A DNA stretch of 64,000 nt. Source: Thermoflexia bacterium. Lineage in GTDB: Bacteria > Chloroflexota > Anaerolineae > B4-G1. A program made the translations under genes and the position numbers. Where the stretch lies: positions 541-64,540 of the forward strand of contig DUEK01000012.1 of assembly GCA_011192155.1 (NCBI GenBank), written 5' to 3'. Positions 36,450 to 48,694 of the stretch are shown here, one piece after another. The number at the start of each line of letters is the position of its first letter. The first letter of the stretch is position 1. The notes beneath the pieces were generated by a model, which saw only the letters and a program-made list of their open reading frames with translations, searched no databases and was not told the DNA's origin.

Positions 36450-39290
36450 TCAAGCCTGCTTTTGGGAGAGCGGGCCTTGAGATAGCCACTCGGCGGCAGC
36501 CTCCGGCAGCAGCGCCACTGGTCCCTGGCGCACGGTGGGGTCGGGCAGTGAATCGAGGAATAGCTGGCCGTAGCTCTTGGTCAGCAGCCGCTTGTCAAAC
36601 ACGGCCACGACGCCTCGGTCGGTGCGGGTGCGAATCAAGCGCCCGAACCCTTGCAGAAAGCGCAGGATGGTCTCTGGCACGGCGTACTCGAAGAAGGGCT
36701 GCTCAAAGGTCTCGGAGCGGGCGGCAAAGACGGGGTCGCTGGGGACGCTGAAAGGCAGCTTGGCAATGGCCAAGCAACTGAGCGGGTCGCCGGGCACGTC
36801 CACCCCCTCCCAAAAGCTGCGCGTGCCCAGAAGCACCCGCCGCTTGCCCGTTCGCAGGTTCTCCAGCAGTTGCGCCCGCGAGACGCCCTCGCCCTGGGCC
36901 TGGGTGGTGATGCCGGCTTGGGCCAACGGCGCTTTGATGGCCCGCAGAGTGGCTCGCAGTTGGTTGTAGGAGGTAAAGAGCGCCAGCGCCCGCCCCCCGG
37001 TCGCCTTGAAAAGCGCGGCCATTCCCCGCTCCACCGCCTTCTGGTAGCCCTGCTGTTGGGGTTCGGGAATATCGTCCACCAGATAGAGCAGTGTCGAGTT
37101 GCGATAGTCGAAAGGGGAACCGACCGCTAACTCGTCGGCCTCCCAGGCATTCAGCCGCTCGCGCACAAAGTCGAAGGTGAAATTGGTACGCAGCGTGGCC
37201 GAGGTCAGTATCACCGCTTCCTTTTCGTGGAAGAGATGCTCCTCCACCAACGGCCCGACGTGCAGGGGGGCGGTGTGCAGGCTCAAGCGGTCGTGGTTGG
37301 AATCCGACTCTAGCCAGTAGATGAGGGACAGCTCAGGCTGTGTGATCATCCGGCTCGCTTGCCTCACGGTATCCCCCAGCCGTCGCCCTGCACCTAGTAT
37401 CTGCGCCTGCAAGTCCTCGACGTCGGGGATGTCGAACTCGGACAGATTGTCCAGCCCCCCGACCAGCCGTTCCAGGCCAGCGGAGACGGCAACCAGCGGC
37501 GCGTTGGCATTGTCCCATGCGATCTCGACCCCGTCCCAGGATGGTTGCACGCGCGTTCCCGAGGTGATACGCAGGCGGAACGTATATTGGCTGCGCCGTC
37601 CCGCCTTTTGCTCCTCGACGAACTCTTCCAGGCGGTCGAAGAAAGCGTTCAGTTGGCGCATGGCCTGGTTGGACGCCAGCCCGACCTTGCCGACGGATAG
37701 TTCTATCTGCTCCATGACCTCGCTGGGCAGATTGGCTTTCTGGCAGTGGGCGATTACTTCAGATAGCAGCCCGCTCACGCGGCCCGAGCGTTTCACCCGT
37801 CCGACCTCGTTCAACATCCGGCGCAGGCGGGCGCGGTCGGCGGCAAAGCCAAGCCCGCTGGTGGTGGCTGCCTCCAAGTGATGGGCCTCGTCCACGATGA
37901 GATAATTGTACTCGGGCAGGGCGCGATTTTGCACGGCGACGTCGGCCAGGAGCAGGGCGTGGTTGACGATGATAAGGTGGGCGGATTCGGCGGCGTGGCG
38001 GGCGTTGTAAAAGTGGCATTGGCCCTGGTGAAAGCTGCGGCAACGTTCGGGGTTACAGCCCTCGTGCTCGGCCGAGAGTTGTCGCCATGTGGTCTGCTCG
38101 ACCGGATTGGGCAGGAAGAGCGCGTCCCCGTCACCGTCGGTCGTTTCCGGCAGCCAGACGAGAATTTTCGCCAGCACGCGGGCCTGGTCGGGCGAGTTAG
38201 CGCCCCGGCGGCGCAGGGCCTGCAGGCGAGCCGGGCAGAGGTAGTGGGAGCGACCCTTGAGCACGCTGGCGCGAAATTCGAGCGGCAGGGCGCGGGACAG
38301 GTCGGGCAAGTCTTTGCGATATAGTTGTTCCTGCAAGTTGATGGTGTTGGTAGAGATGACGACTCGCTCGCCGCTCTGCACCGCCCAGTGGGCGGCCGGG
38401 ATGAGGTAGGCCAGTGACTTGCCGACGCCGGTGGGGGCCTCGGCTAGCAGGTGCTGGCCCTGGTTGAGCGCGCGCGCCACGCCGCGCAGCATCGCTACTT
38501 GCTGGGGGCGGTGCTCGTAGCCGGGAAAGTGGGCCTCAAAGGGGCCGCCTTTTTCCAGGAGCGCGGCCAGTTGGTCCAGGTCTAGGGGTGTTCTCTCGTC
38601 GGCGGGTTGCAATGGGCGGGCTTTTGCCTCCACAGCGAATAGCGGACCGGCTGGGATTTCTTCTGCTCTGAGCATGGCGCGCCGTTCGCCTGGACGGCGC
38701 GCCGCTTCTTCCAGCGCGTGGTGGAAAAAGCTGACAGCGGGCCAAGCGGCTCGCTCGCCGTGCCCTATGATCTCTTTCAGCACGCGGGGGGGCAGTTCGG
38801 CCGCGCGAACGAGAAGGGCGCGGAAGAGGCGATAGGAAGCCTGGGCGTCGTCCAGCGCGCGGTGTGCGTGTTCCAGTTCGATTCCCAGCAGTCGCGTCAG
38901 CGCCGTCAGGCTGTACCGTTCGGCGCGCGGGACGAGCACGCTGGCCAACTCGAACGTGTCGAGCGATTCGTTCTCAAGCAGCAAGGAGTGGCGGCGCAGA
39001 AAGCTCAGGTCAAACCCCACACTGTGGCCGACGATGGGCCACTGACCGGCGAAGCGGCTCAGGCGGGGCAGTACGTCGTGCAGGCCGGGCGCGCCCTCTA
39101 CGTCGGAGTCGCGGATACCGGTCAGATCGGTGATTTGGCGCGGGATGCGCCGGCCGGGGTTGACAAAGGTGGAGAATGTTCCCAGCGCCTCATCGTCGCA
39201 GAATTTGACTGCGCCGATTTCGATGATGGCGTCACGGTCAGCGTCGAGTCCGGTGGTTTCCAGATCGAGCGCTACGTAGGTTTGGGGCAT
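36450..39290 (-). CDS. dinG: DnaQ exonuclease-DinG helicase fusion
   Basis: DLETTG, HRALDDA, APTGVGKS, four Fe-S Cys, DEAHH, SATL, FWEGVD, QGFGRLIR. Confidence 0.92.
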   Translation of the reverse strand: MPQTYVALDLETTGLDADRDAIIEIGAVKFCDDEALGTFSTFVNPGRRIPRQITDLTGIRDSDVEGAPGLHDVLPRLSRFAGQWPIVGHSVGFDLSFLRRHSLLLENESLDTFELASVLVPRAERYSLTALTRLLGIELEHAHRALDDAQASYRLFRALLVRAAELPPRVLKEIIGHGERAAWPAVSFFHHALEEAARRPGERRAMLRAEEIPAGPLFAVEAKARPLQPADERTPLDLDQLAALLEKGGPFEAHFPGYEHRPQQVAMLRGVARALNQGQHLLAEAPTGVGKSLAYLIPAAHWAVQSGERVVISTNTINLQEQLYRKDLPDLSRALPLEFRASVLKGRSHYLCPARLQALRRRGANSPDQARVLAKILVWLPETTDGDGDALFLPNPVEQTTWRQLSAEHEGCNPERCRSFHQGQCHFYNARHAAESAHLIIVNHALLLADVAVQNRALPEYNYLIVDEAHHLEAATTSGLGFAADRARLRRMLNEVGRVKRSGRVSGLLSEVIAHCQKANLPSEVMEQIELSVGKVGLASNQAMRQLNAFFDRLEEFVEEQKAGRRSQYTFRLRITSGTRVQPSWDGVEIAWDNANAPLVAVSAGLERLVGGLDNLSEFDIPDVEDLQAQILGAGRRLGDTVRQASRMITQPELSLIYWLESDSNHDRLSLHTAPLHVGPLVEEHLFHEKEAVILTSATLRTNFTFDFVRERLNAWEADELAVGSPFDYRNSTLLYLVDDIPEPQQQGYQKAVERGMAALFKATGGRALALFTSYNQLRATLRAIKAPLAQAGITTQAQGEGVSRAQLLENLRTGKRRVLLGTRSFWEGVDVPGDPLSCLAIAKLPFSVPSDPVFAARSETFEQPFFEYAVPETILRFLQGFGRLIRTRTDRGVVAVFDKRLLTKSYGQLFLDSLPDPTVRQGPVALLPEAAAEWLSQGPLSQKQA

Positions 39291-39464
39291 ATGACCTCAT
39301 TTCTAATCTAGGCCGCGCGCGCAGCGGTGAGGGGATTATACCTCAGGGGGGAGGGAGGGGCAAGAGACGTGTTCTCACGTCCCATAGCGCGCCATCAGAA
39401 TGGCCGTTTCAAAAAGTCAATAGCGCACTGCGAGTTCCCGCGCTCGTTGTACACCCTTTTCCGT

Positions 39465-40200
39465 CGCTGGTGTGCCCGATAATAGGCATCAAAATGGCCT
39501 TCCACTGCCCATTTGCATACACCAATTCAGTAAAATCGGTGTAAACCACCTGGAAAAGGTCAATTTCTTCCATCTGAGCCACCAAATTGGCCAGCCCCCC
39601 GCCTCGGTGATGGCCCGTTGGATACCGCTCGGCCTGGGACGGTGGGTGCTGCGCAAGATGGACAAGTCCCACGTACCCAGCAGTCGTTCCACGACTTTGT
39701 GATTGACGGTGGTTTTGTACTCGTCGCGCAGCAGTTCGGGCATGATCCGAGGCACACCGTATTCTGGATGGTATCGGGTAATTTCCTCCAAGGTAGGGCG
39801 CAGGTGAGTGAACTTCTCCTCGTAGTCCACTTTGTGCTTCTTGCGATAGTACCAGGTCGACTTGGGCAGTTCCACGACGTCCAATACGAAATTCAGGCCA
39901 TACGTATCTTTAACTGATTCCACCAGAGCCACTTTGTGCTCCGTCGTCATGTGGCCCGCCCCAAGAAGTTTTTTAAAAGCGCGATTTCCACCTCTTTCTT
40001 GCCGATCAATCGTTCCAGATCAGCGATACGTCGCTCGTATTCGGCCACTCGGGGCCTTTCTCGAAGAACGCTTCCTTCCAAGCACCGACCGTATTGGAAT
40101 GGATGCCATACACTTTCACTACTTGCCCCGTACTCTTGTCGCCCGTCAGTAATTCGGTGACCACCTGGGACTCTAGTTCTGTCGAGTATCTCTTTGCCAT
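39465..40200 (-). pseudogene. Degenerate IS3-family transposase (orfA/orfB), frameshifted and truncated
   Basis: HTH-like orfA MAKRYSTEL... broken by a frameshift; orfB STWYY, HPEYG..RI, VNHKVVERL, then YTDFTEL in another frame; rest of the DDE domain missing. Confidence 0.8.
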
Positions 40201-40226
40201 ATTGGCCTCCTCTTCTATCCTTTATC

Positions 40227-40377
40227 CTGGAGTCTGGCGTTTTTGTTCGTAGTGACGGCTTCAGCCGTCCAAAAGGCTCAAAAGCGGCTAAAGCCGCTAC
40301 TACGAACCCCCATATCTAGCGCCTTTATTGTTGCCTACCCCAAGATATGGGCATTCTGAAAATTTGCCAGACTCGAG
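40227..40377. mobile_element. MITE containing a GTAG-type REP pair
   Basis: TIR CT(G/C)GAGTCTGGC; 7-bp TSD CTTTATC at 40220-40226 and 40378-40384; internal GTAGTGACGGCTTCAGCCGTC / GCGGCTAAAGCCGCTACTAC. Confidence 0.8.
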
Positions 40378-40411
40378 CTTTATCATCTCACACTTGCCAG
40401 AGGAGGTCAAC

Positions 40412-40555
40412 ATATAACCACTACCGCGCCAGGAAACTGTCTGGCTACCGGGCATCTTTTACGACCGCGATCACTGCCTCGCCTACGAGCGCTGTGGGGA
40501 CATGCTCGTCCTGCGCAACGTGGGCCGCCACGACGAGACGCTCAAACACCCCTAA
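40412..40555 (+). pseudogene. Possible decayed RelE-like toxin
   Basis: AGGAGG with no ATG behind it; fragments RKLSGY and YERCGDMLVLRNVGRHDETLKHP* resemble RelE-family C-termini. Confidence 0.4.
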
Positions 40556-40559
40556 TTCT

Positions 40560-42686
40560 CTACCGTTTTGAAACTTTCCCCTCTTCCCGGCGCTGTTTAA
40601 TGACCCGTTCAGCAATGGAATCCGGCACAAAATCGTAGCGGCGGAACTCGAGCGTGAATGTGCCCCGGCCCTGAGTAAGGCTGCGCAGATCAGTGGCATA
40701 GCCCCGGGCCTCGGCCAGTGGAACCTCGCCATTCACGTTGCGTAATTGACCGCGCACGTTCATCGCACTCACGCTGCCGCGCCGCCGGCCGATGTCGGCC
40801 ACGACCACCCCCAGGTGATCCTCACCGACGTTGATGTCGGCGTGCATCACCGGTTCGAGCAAGGCGGGATTGGCCTGTCGCACCACCTGCCGCACTGCCA
40901 TTGAGCCGGCGATCTGAAAGTCCATCGAGGCCGAGTCCACCTCGTGGAACTTGCCGCCCAGCAGCGTCACGCGCACATCAGTGACCGGGTAGCCAGCGAT
41001 GACGCCCTTCTCCAGCGCATTGCGCACGCCCAATTCGGTTGGGCGCACAAACTCTTCGGGAAATTCAGAACGAGGGGCCTCGTCCTCGAAAACTACGCCC
41101 TCTCCACGCTCCAGCGGTTCGATGCGCAGATCAACCTCGGCAAAGTGCCCGTGCCCGCCGCTCTGTTTCTTGTACGCCTTTGTTATCTCGAGCGCGCGGC
41201 GCACCGTCTCACGGTAAGAGACCTGGGGGGGGCTGACGTGCAGCGACAGGCCATACTCCCGTCGCAACCGTTCCACGGCGACTTCCAAGTGCAGTTCACC
41301 CATCCCGGAGAGCACCTCCTCTTCCGTCTCTGGGTCAAAGTGCTCGATCAACGTGGGGTCTTCATCGCACAATCGCCTCACGGCCTGACGCAGTTTCTCC
41401 TGTTCTTTGCTGGAAGCCGCCTTCAACGCCACAGCAATGACCGGATCGGGGAACTTGAACGTCTCCAGGGCAATGGGGTGGTCTGGGTCGCAGAGCGTGT
41501 CGCCGGTGATGGCCGACTTGACGCCCACCAGAGCCACCACGTCGCTGGCCGCCATGTGATCCACCTGCTCGCGCCGATTGGCGTGCATACGGTAGATACG
41601 ACCCACCCGCTCCTCCACGTCGGCGCGCGGGTTGTAGACTGTCTGTCCCACCTTCAGTTGGCCGGAAAAGACACGCACCCAGGTCAAGTGCCCCACGTGG
41701 GGATCGGTGACGATCTTGAAGGCCGCGGCGCACAAGGGGGCATCGGCGTCATCGGCCCGCTCAGTGATTTCCTCCGCGCTGCCCGGCACGACGCCCAGGA
41801 TAGGAGCCATATCCACCGGCGCCGGCAGATAAGACACGATACTATCAAGTAAGGGTTGCACGCCAATGCGGTTGCGTGAAGCGCCGCACAGAACCGGCGT
41901 CAGTTCACCGGCGATGGTGGCCCGCCGCAGCGCGGACTGGAGGGCTGCCATATCCGGTTCATCCCCCGCCAGTCGTTGCTTCAGCAATACATCGTCCGTC
42001 TCGCAGATGGCGTCCAGCAACGCCGCCCGCGCCACGGCGGCTCGCTCTTGCATCGCGGGCGGGATCGGTTTCACCACCGGATCGTCTACCAGATTGCCAG
42101 TGGGCGATCCGACGCCGTCCCGCCAGACCAACGCCTGCTGACTGAGCAGATCCACGACACCGGTGAACTCGCCTTCGCGGCCAATCGGGAGCTGTAACGG
42201 AATCGCGTTTGGCGTGAGCCGTTCGCGCGCCTCTCCAGCTACGCGCTCGAAATCGGCCCCCAGCCGGTCGAGCTTGTTGATATAGATGATGCGCGCCAGG
42301 TTCTCGCGGTTGGCGTGCATCCAGACCGACTCGGTCTGCGGTTCGACGCCGCCCACAGCGCACAACACGATCACGGCCCCATCAATGACGCGAATGGAGC
42401 GCACGACTTCGGCGGTGAAGTCAATGTGACCGGGCGTATCAATCAGGTTAATGCGATGACCCTGCCAGTGGCAAGCGGTCGCGGCAGACATAATCGTGAT
42501 GCCGCGCTCTCGCTCCTGATCCATCCAGTCCAGTTGCGTGTCGCCGTCATCAATGTTCCCGGTGCGATGGATGCGCCCCGTGTAATATAAAATCGCCTCC
42601 GACGTGGTCGTCTTGCCGGCATCCACGTGGGCAAAGATACCGATGATGCGTACTTTTTTGATTGGTGACTCTTTCTTCTTGGCCAT
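40560..42686 (-). CDS. fusA: Elongation factor G (stand-alone, probably a paralog)
   Basis: AHVDAGKTT, ERERGIT, DTPGH, NKLD, GMGELHL, KQSGG, FHEVDS, LRSLTQGRG. Confidence 0.92.
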   Translation of the reverse strand: MAKKKESPIKKVRIIGIFAHVDAGKTTTSEAILYYTGRIHRTGNIDDGDTQLDWMDQERERGITIMSAATACHWQGHRINLIDTPGHIDFTAEVVRSIRVIDGAVIVLCAVGGVEPQTESVWMHANRENLARIIYINKLDRLGADFERVAGEARERLTPNAIPLQLPIGREGEFTGVVDLLSQQALVWRDGVGSPTGNLVDDPVVKPIPPAMQERAAVARAALLDAICETDDVLLKQRLAGDEPDMAALQSALRRATIAGELTPVLCGASRNRIGVQPLLDSIVSYLPAPVDMAPILGVVPGSAEEITERADDADAPLCAAAFKIVTDPHVGHLTWVRVFSGQLKVGQTVYNPRADVEERVGRIYRMHANRREQVDHMAASDVVALVGVKSAITGDTLCDPDHPIALETFKFPDPVIAVALKAASSKEQEKLRQAVRRLCDEDPTLIEHFDPETEEEVLSGMGELHLEVAVERLRREYGLSLHVSPPQVSYRETVRRALEITKAYKKQSGGHGHFAEVDLRIEPLERGEGVVFEDEAPRSEFPEEFVRPTELGVRNALEKGVIAGYPVTDVRVTLLGGKFHEVDSASMDFQIAGSMAVRQVVRQANPALLEPVMHADINVGEDHLGVVVADIGRRRGSVSAMNVRGQLRNVNGEVPLAEARGYATDLRSLTQGRGTFTLEFRRYDFVPDSIAERVIKQRREEGKVSKR

Positions 42687-42826
42687 ACTTCTTACCTCAC
42701 ATTTTCTTTAGCAAAACCGTACAAAAAAACGCCCAGCCGCCAACGTGCATGATGGCTGAACGCCCATTTCACACAAGCAAGTGCAACATTATACCAGAAA
42801 ATCAGCAATTGACCAGGTATGCGGAA

Positions 42827-42969
42827 TTGGTGATTACCCACATGTTCAAATGTGACTGCATTGATCCTGTTTTCTTTCACCGCAGAGGCCGCAAAGCACG
42901 CAGAGAAGGCCTTTTTGACTATCTCTGCGACCTCTGCGCGCTCAGCGGTGAGATGTGGGTAATCACCAG
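42827..42969. mobile_element. MITE family B, copy 2
   Basis: Close match to 18318-18460; TGGTGATTACCCACAT TIRs; no matching TSD. Confidence 0.85.
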
Positions 42970-42980
42970 ACATTTTTCAC

Positions 42981-43009
42981 TGGACAAATCTTTCAAAATC
43001 GTGTATCAT
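42981..43009 (+). promoter_or_regulatory. Putative promoter of atpA
   Basis: TGGACA-17 bp-TATCAT, 55 nt before the atpA ATG. Confidence 0.5.
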
Positions 43010-43064
43010 TCTAAAGTTGTGCTAATGTAAATAGACTTTTGCTATATAAATGGAGAGGTAGGCG

Positions 43065-44627
43065 ATGGCTGAGATTCAAACCCGTGATATCCTGCAAGAC
43101 CTGGCAACCACGTTGCATGAACAGATCGAAGAGTTCCAGCCGACTGTCGAGGCGGTGGATGTTGGTACCGTCATTGAGGTTGGCGACGGGATCGCCCGGG
43201 CTTCGGGGCTTGCCAACGTGTTGATGAGCGAGTTGGTCGAGTTCGAGGGCGGCGTTCCTGGTATTGCCTTCAACCTAGAGGTGGATAACGTTGGTATCAT
43301 CATCACCGGTGACTATACGGAAATTGAGGAGGGCCAGACCGTGAGGGGCACGGGGCGCATCGTCTCCGTTCCTGTGGGAGATGGGCTTCTGGGCCGCGTG
43401 GTAGACGCGCTGGGCCAGCCGGTGGATGGGAAAGGGCCTATCGCTGCCGACCGTCGCCGTCCCATTGAGCGCGCCGCGCCGGGCGTGATCGAGCGCCAGA
43501 ACGTGGATACCCCTGTGCAGACTGGCATCAAGGCGATAGACGCAATGACGCCCATCGGACGGGGTCAGCGAGAGCTCATTATCGGCGACCGCCAGATTGG
43601 CAAGACGGCCATCGCGCTGGACGCCATCATCAACCAGCGCGACAAAGATCTGATCTGCATCTATGTGGCGATTGGGCAGAAAAGGTCCCAGGTTGCCCAG
43701 GTGGTGGCGACATTGGAGCAGTATGGGGCGCTGGATCACACCGTCGTCGTCGTTGCTTCCGCCTCGGAACCGGCGGCGCTCCAGTACATCGCCCCTTACG
43801 CCGGGTGCGCGATGGGCGAGGAGTTTATGGCGCAGGGCAAAGACGCCCTCATTATTTACGACGACTTGACCAAGCACGCCTGGGCCTATCGGCAAGTCAG
43901 CCTCCTCCTCCGCCGCCCTCCTGGGCGCGAGGCCTACCCCGGCGACATCTTTTACCTGCACTCGCGACTGTTGGAGCGAGCGGCCCGCATGCACGATGAC
44001 CTGGGCGGCGGCAGCTTGACCGCGCTACCCATCGTCGAGACCCAGTTGGGCGACATTGCTACCTACATTCCCACCAACGTTATCTCTATCACCGATGGCC
44101 AGATTTTCCTGGAAGCCGATATGTTCAACGCCGGCATCCGCCCGGCAATGAATGTGGGCGTCTCCGTCTCCCGCGTGGGAGGCGACGCGCAGACCAAGGC
44201 GATCTCGCAAGTGGCGGGACGGCTGCGGATGGACATGGCCCAGTTCCGCGAACTGGCCGCATTTGCCCAGTTTGGCTCCGACCTAGACGAGTCCACGCTG
44301 CGCCGCTTGGAGCGTGGTCGCCGCCTGACGGAAATTCTCAAGCAGCCCCAGTACGAACCGGCGCCGTTGGAAGAAGAGGTCATCATCATATATGCGGGCA
44401 CGCACGGCTATTGCGACGCTGTGCCCCTGGAGCGGATGCGCCAGTACGAAGTGGCCCTGCTAACCTTTATGCGCGCGCAACACCCCGACGTCGGCGCCGA
44501 CATCGTCGCACAGACCAAGATCACAGAAGAGAACGAGGTCAAGCTACAAGCCGCGCTGGAAGAGTTCAATCAGACGTGGGTTACGCCAGACAGCGCAGTG
44601 GAGACGAGCAGTGGCGACAGCGCGTGA
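43065..44627 (+). CDS. atpA: F1 ATPase alpha subunit
   Basis: [42 protein letters not shown]. Confidence 0.97.
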   Translation: MAEIQTRDILQDLATTLHEQIEEFQPTVEAVDVGTVIEVGDGIARASGLANVLMSELVEFEGGVPGIAFNLEVDNVGIIITGDYTEIEEGQTVRGTGRIVSVPVGDGLLGRVVDALGQPVDGKGPIAADRRRPIERAAPGVIERQNVDTPVQTGIKAIDAMTPIGRGQRELIIGDRQIGKTAIALDAIINQRDKDLICIYVAIGQKRSQVAQVVATLEQYGALDHTVVVVASASEPAALQYIAPYAGCAMGEEFMAQGKDALIIYDDLTKHAWAYRQVSLLLRRPPGREAYPGDIFYLHSRLLERAARMHDDLGGGSLTALPIVETQLGDIATYIPTNVISITDGQIFLEADMFNAGIRPAMNVGVSVSRVGGDAQTKAISQVAGRLRMDMAQFRELAAFAQFGSDLDESTLRRLERGRRLTEILKQPQYEPAPLEEEVIIIYAGTHGYCDAVPLERMRQYEVALLTFMRAQHPDVGADIVAQTKITEENEVKLQAALEEFNQTWVTPDSAVETSSGDSA

Positions 44628-45513
44628 AATCAAGCGACGCATCCAGAGTATCCGCAACCTGGGCCAGGTGACGCGGGCGTTGCAGGCTGTAGCCGCGTCC
44701 AACGTGCGCAAAGCGCAGGCTGCCGCGCTGGCGACGCGCGCTTACTCCAATGCTGCCTGGGAAGTCATTGCTCGCCTGGGCGCGGCCAGCGACGAGGCGC
44801 TGCATCCCCTGCTAACCCGCCGCGCGCCGGTAGAGAACGTTCTCATCGTACTCGTGTCCGGCGACCGGGGGTTGTGTGGCGCATACAATCAAAACATTGT
44901 GCGGGTCGCGCAGAATTTTGTCAAGAGGCGGGATCTGCCAATTCGCTACATCACTGTCGGACGACGGGGCCGAGATATGATCTGGCGCGCAGGCGCCGAG
45001 ATCGTAGCCGAGTTTCATGGCCTGCCGGCAGTGCCCAGCCTGGTTGATGTCTCTGCCATCGCCCGCGCCGCCATTGACGAGTTCCTGGAGGGCCGGGCCG
45101 ACGAGGTCTACCTGGCGCGCACAGACTTTATCAACCTATTGAGGCAAAACCCCGTCATTCAACGCCTGCTTCCGCTGCACACTGCTGAACTCGGCGGACT
45201 GGAAGAAACGCAGGCTATGGCGGAGTATATCGTGGATGTACGGCCCACGCAGGTAGCAGAGTATATCTATGAACCCGATGCCGCCACCGTGTTGAACGAA
45301 ATCCTGCCACGCTTCACCGAGCTACAGGTTTACCAGGCCATGCTTGAAGCGCACGCCAGCGAGTATGCAGCGCGTATGGTCGCCATGCGTAACGCGACGG
45401 ATAATGCAGCCGTGCTGGTTGATGATCTGACGTTGGATTATAACAAAGCCCGTCAGAGCATCATCACCAGCGAGTTGTTGGACATTGTGGGCGGGGCGGT
45501 GGTCCCGGCGTGA
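44611..45513 (+). CDS. atpG: F1 ATPase gamma subunit
   Basis: [42 protein letters not shown]. Confidence 0.95.
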   Translation: MATAREIKRRIQSIRNLGQVTRALQAVAASNVRKAQAAALATRAYSNAAWEVIARLGAASDEALHPLLTRRAPVENVLIVLVSGDRGLCGAYNQNIVRVAQNFVKRRDLPIRYITVGRRGRDMIWRAGAEIVAEFHGLPAVPSLVDVSAIARAAIDEFLEGRADEVYLARTDFINLLRQNPVIQRLLPLHTAELGGLEETQAMAEYIVDVRPTQVAEYIYEPDAATVLNEILPRFTELQVYQAMLEAHASEYAARMVAMRNATDNAAVLVDDLTLDYNKARQSIITSELLDIVGGAVVPA

Positions 45514-46980
<1,467 letters not shown>

Positions 46981-46988
46981 GAGGACAC

Positions 46989-47435
46989 GTGACTGGCTTA
47001 AAATTGACCATCGTCTCTCCAGAGCAAGAGCTGTACAGCGGCAAAGTGGACATCGTCCTTGCGCCGGGCATTGATGGGCAGTTGGGCATCCTGCCCAATC
47101 ACGCGTCGCTGATCACAAAGTTGGCAGAGGGAGAACTGTGCGCCAGGATAGGGGCGGAGGAGTACTACTTTGCTATTCACGGTGGCTTTATGCACGTCTT
47201 GCCCGATGAAGTGATCGTTCTGGCCGATGTGGCCGAACGGGCCGGCGAGATTGACGCTGCGCGAGCGGAAAAAGCCCGCCAGCGCGCGTTGGGATTGTTG
47301 ACCAAGTCTCCGCCCGAAGAACGACGCTTGACCGAGGTGGCTCTGCGACGCTCACAAGTGCGACTCAAGGTGGCGCGCCGCCGGCGACGCCGGCACACCA
47401 CACTGTCATACCCTGGGGTGGACGACGGTGTGTAG
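46989..47435 (+). CDS. atpC: F1 ATPase epsilon subunit
   Basis: IVSPE, GQLGILPNHA, GGF, AER...ID..RAE.A; Arg-rich C-tail. Confidence 0.93.
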   Translation: MTGLKLTIVSPEQELYSGKVDIVLAPGIDGQLGILPNHASLITKLAEGELCARIGAEEYYFAIHGGFMHVLPDEVIVLADVAERAGEIDAARAEKARQRALGLLTKSPPEERRLTEVALRRSQVRLKVARRRRRRHTTLSYPGVDDGV

Positions 47436-47451
47436 AGCGAGAGGAGACTGA

Positions 47452-48456
47452 ATGTTTGGCAAGAAACTCGGGATTGACTTGGGCACAGTCAACGTATTGG
47501 TACACGTGCAAGGGCGGGGGATCGTTTTGCAGGAACCTTCGGTTGTCGCTATCTCGGTAGATGAATACGCGATCAGAGCTGTGGGTGAGGAGGCTAAAGC
47601 TATGCTCGGCCGCACGCCGGACGTAATTGAGGTGGTGCGACCGTTGCGCGACGGCGTTATTGCGGACTATCAGGTGACCAGGCGAATGTTAGAGTACTTT
47701 ATTCGCAAGGCTGTTGGTGGTTTGGGCTTGTTCAAACCGCGTGTGATGATCAGTGTGCCGTATGGGGTGACGAGTGTAGAAAAGCGAGCGGTGCGCAAGG
47801 CGGCGATGGAAGCGGGCGCCAGCCGGGCGCATCTGATACCGGAACCTTTGGCCGGCGCGCTGGGAGCTGACTTACCGATCGGCACGCCGGCGGGCACCAT
47901 GGTCGTAGACCTGGGGGGCGGCGCGACCGAGGCGGCCGTCTTTGCGATGAACGGGATCGTGGTGGCAAATTCGGTCCGCGTTGGCGGCCTACGTATGGAT
48001 GAGGCGATTGCGGCCTACGTCCGTCGCAAGTTCAACCTGATGATCGGCCAGCCGACGGCGGAGGCGATCAAGATCGGCATCGGCTCGGCGCTGTCATTGG
48101 ATGAGGAGTTGGAGATGGAGGTGCAGGGCCGCGATCAGGTAGCCGGATTGCCCCGCGTCATCACGATCAACTCGGAAGAAGTAACCGAGGCGCTCTCTGA
48201 ACCTCTAGCGGCGGTGCTCTCTGTGATTCGGTCTGTGTTGGAGAGAACGCCGCCGGAGCTATCGGCAGACATTATGAATCGAGGCATGGTACTGCTCGGC
48301 GGCGGGGCGCTGTTGCGCCGGTTGGATGAATTGATCGCGCGCGAGACGGGTGTACCCACTTATGCGGCCAACGCCCCCATCGCCTGCGTGGCGCTGGGGG
48401 CAGGACAGGCACTGGAGCAGTATGATATTCTCCGGCGCAGTGTGCCTGGATTGTAG
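47452..48456 (+). CDS. mreB: MreB/Mbl family actin-like protein
   Basis: [36 protein letters not shown]. Confidence 0.92.
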   Translation: MFGKKLGIDLGTVNVLVHVQGRGIVLQEPSVVAISVDEYAIRAVGEEAKAMLGRTPDVIEVVRPLRDGVIADYQVTRRMLEYFIRKAVGGLGLFKPRVMISVPYGVTSVEKRAVRKAAMEAGASRAHLIPEPLAGALGADLPIGTPAGTMVVDLGGGATEAAVFAMNGIVVANSVRVGGLRMDEAIAAYVRRKFNLMIGQPTAEAIKIGIGSALSLDEELEMEVQGRDQVAGLPRVITINSEEVTEALSEPLAAVLSVIRSVLERTPPELSADIMNRGMVLLGGGALLRRLDELIARETGVPTYAANAPIACVALGAGQALEQYDILRRSVPGL

Positions 48457-48479
48457 CGCATCACCGCCGCCAACGATGG

Positions 48480-48515
48480 AACCCTAAAGGTTTTCCGAAA
48501 CCTTTAGGGTTTTTT
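48480..48515 (+). terminator. REP-like palindrome/terminator after mreB
   Basis: AACCCTAAAGGTTT-TCCG-AAACCTTTAGGGTT plus T-run. Confidence 0.75.
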
Positions 48516-48694
48516 CCAGCTATCGGGTCTACTCAGACTTGTGGAGTAAGCACTCGTGTCTAGTCATCCATTTTCAACTGTCCCCCGCATTTGTTGCAGG
48601 CAATCTTCTGGTTGCGGTTCACCTGAATTGGCGCGAGACATTTCCTTTCTCCATTGTGTTGTGAGACCGACTTCCTGATGGTATAATCCCCCTC

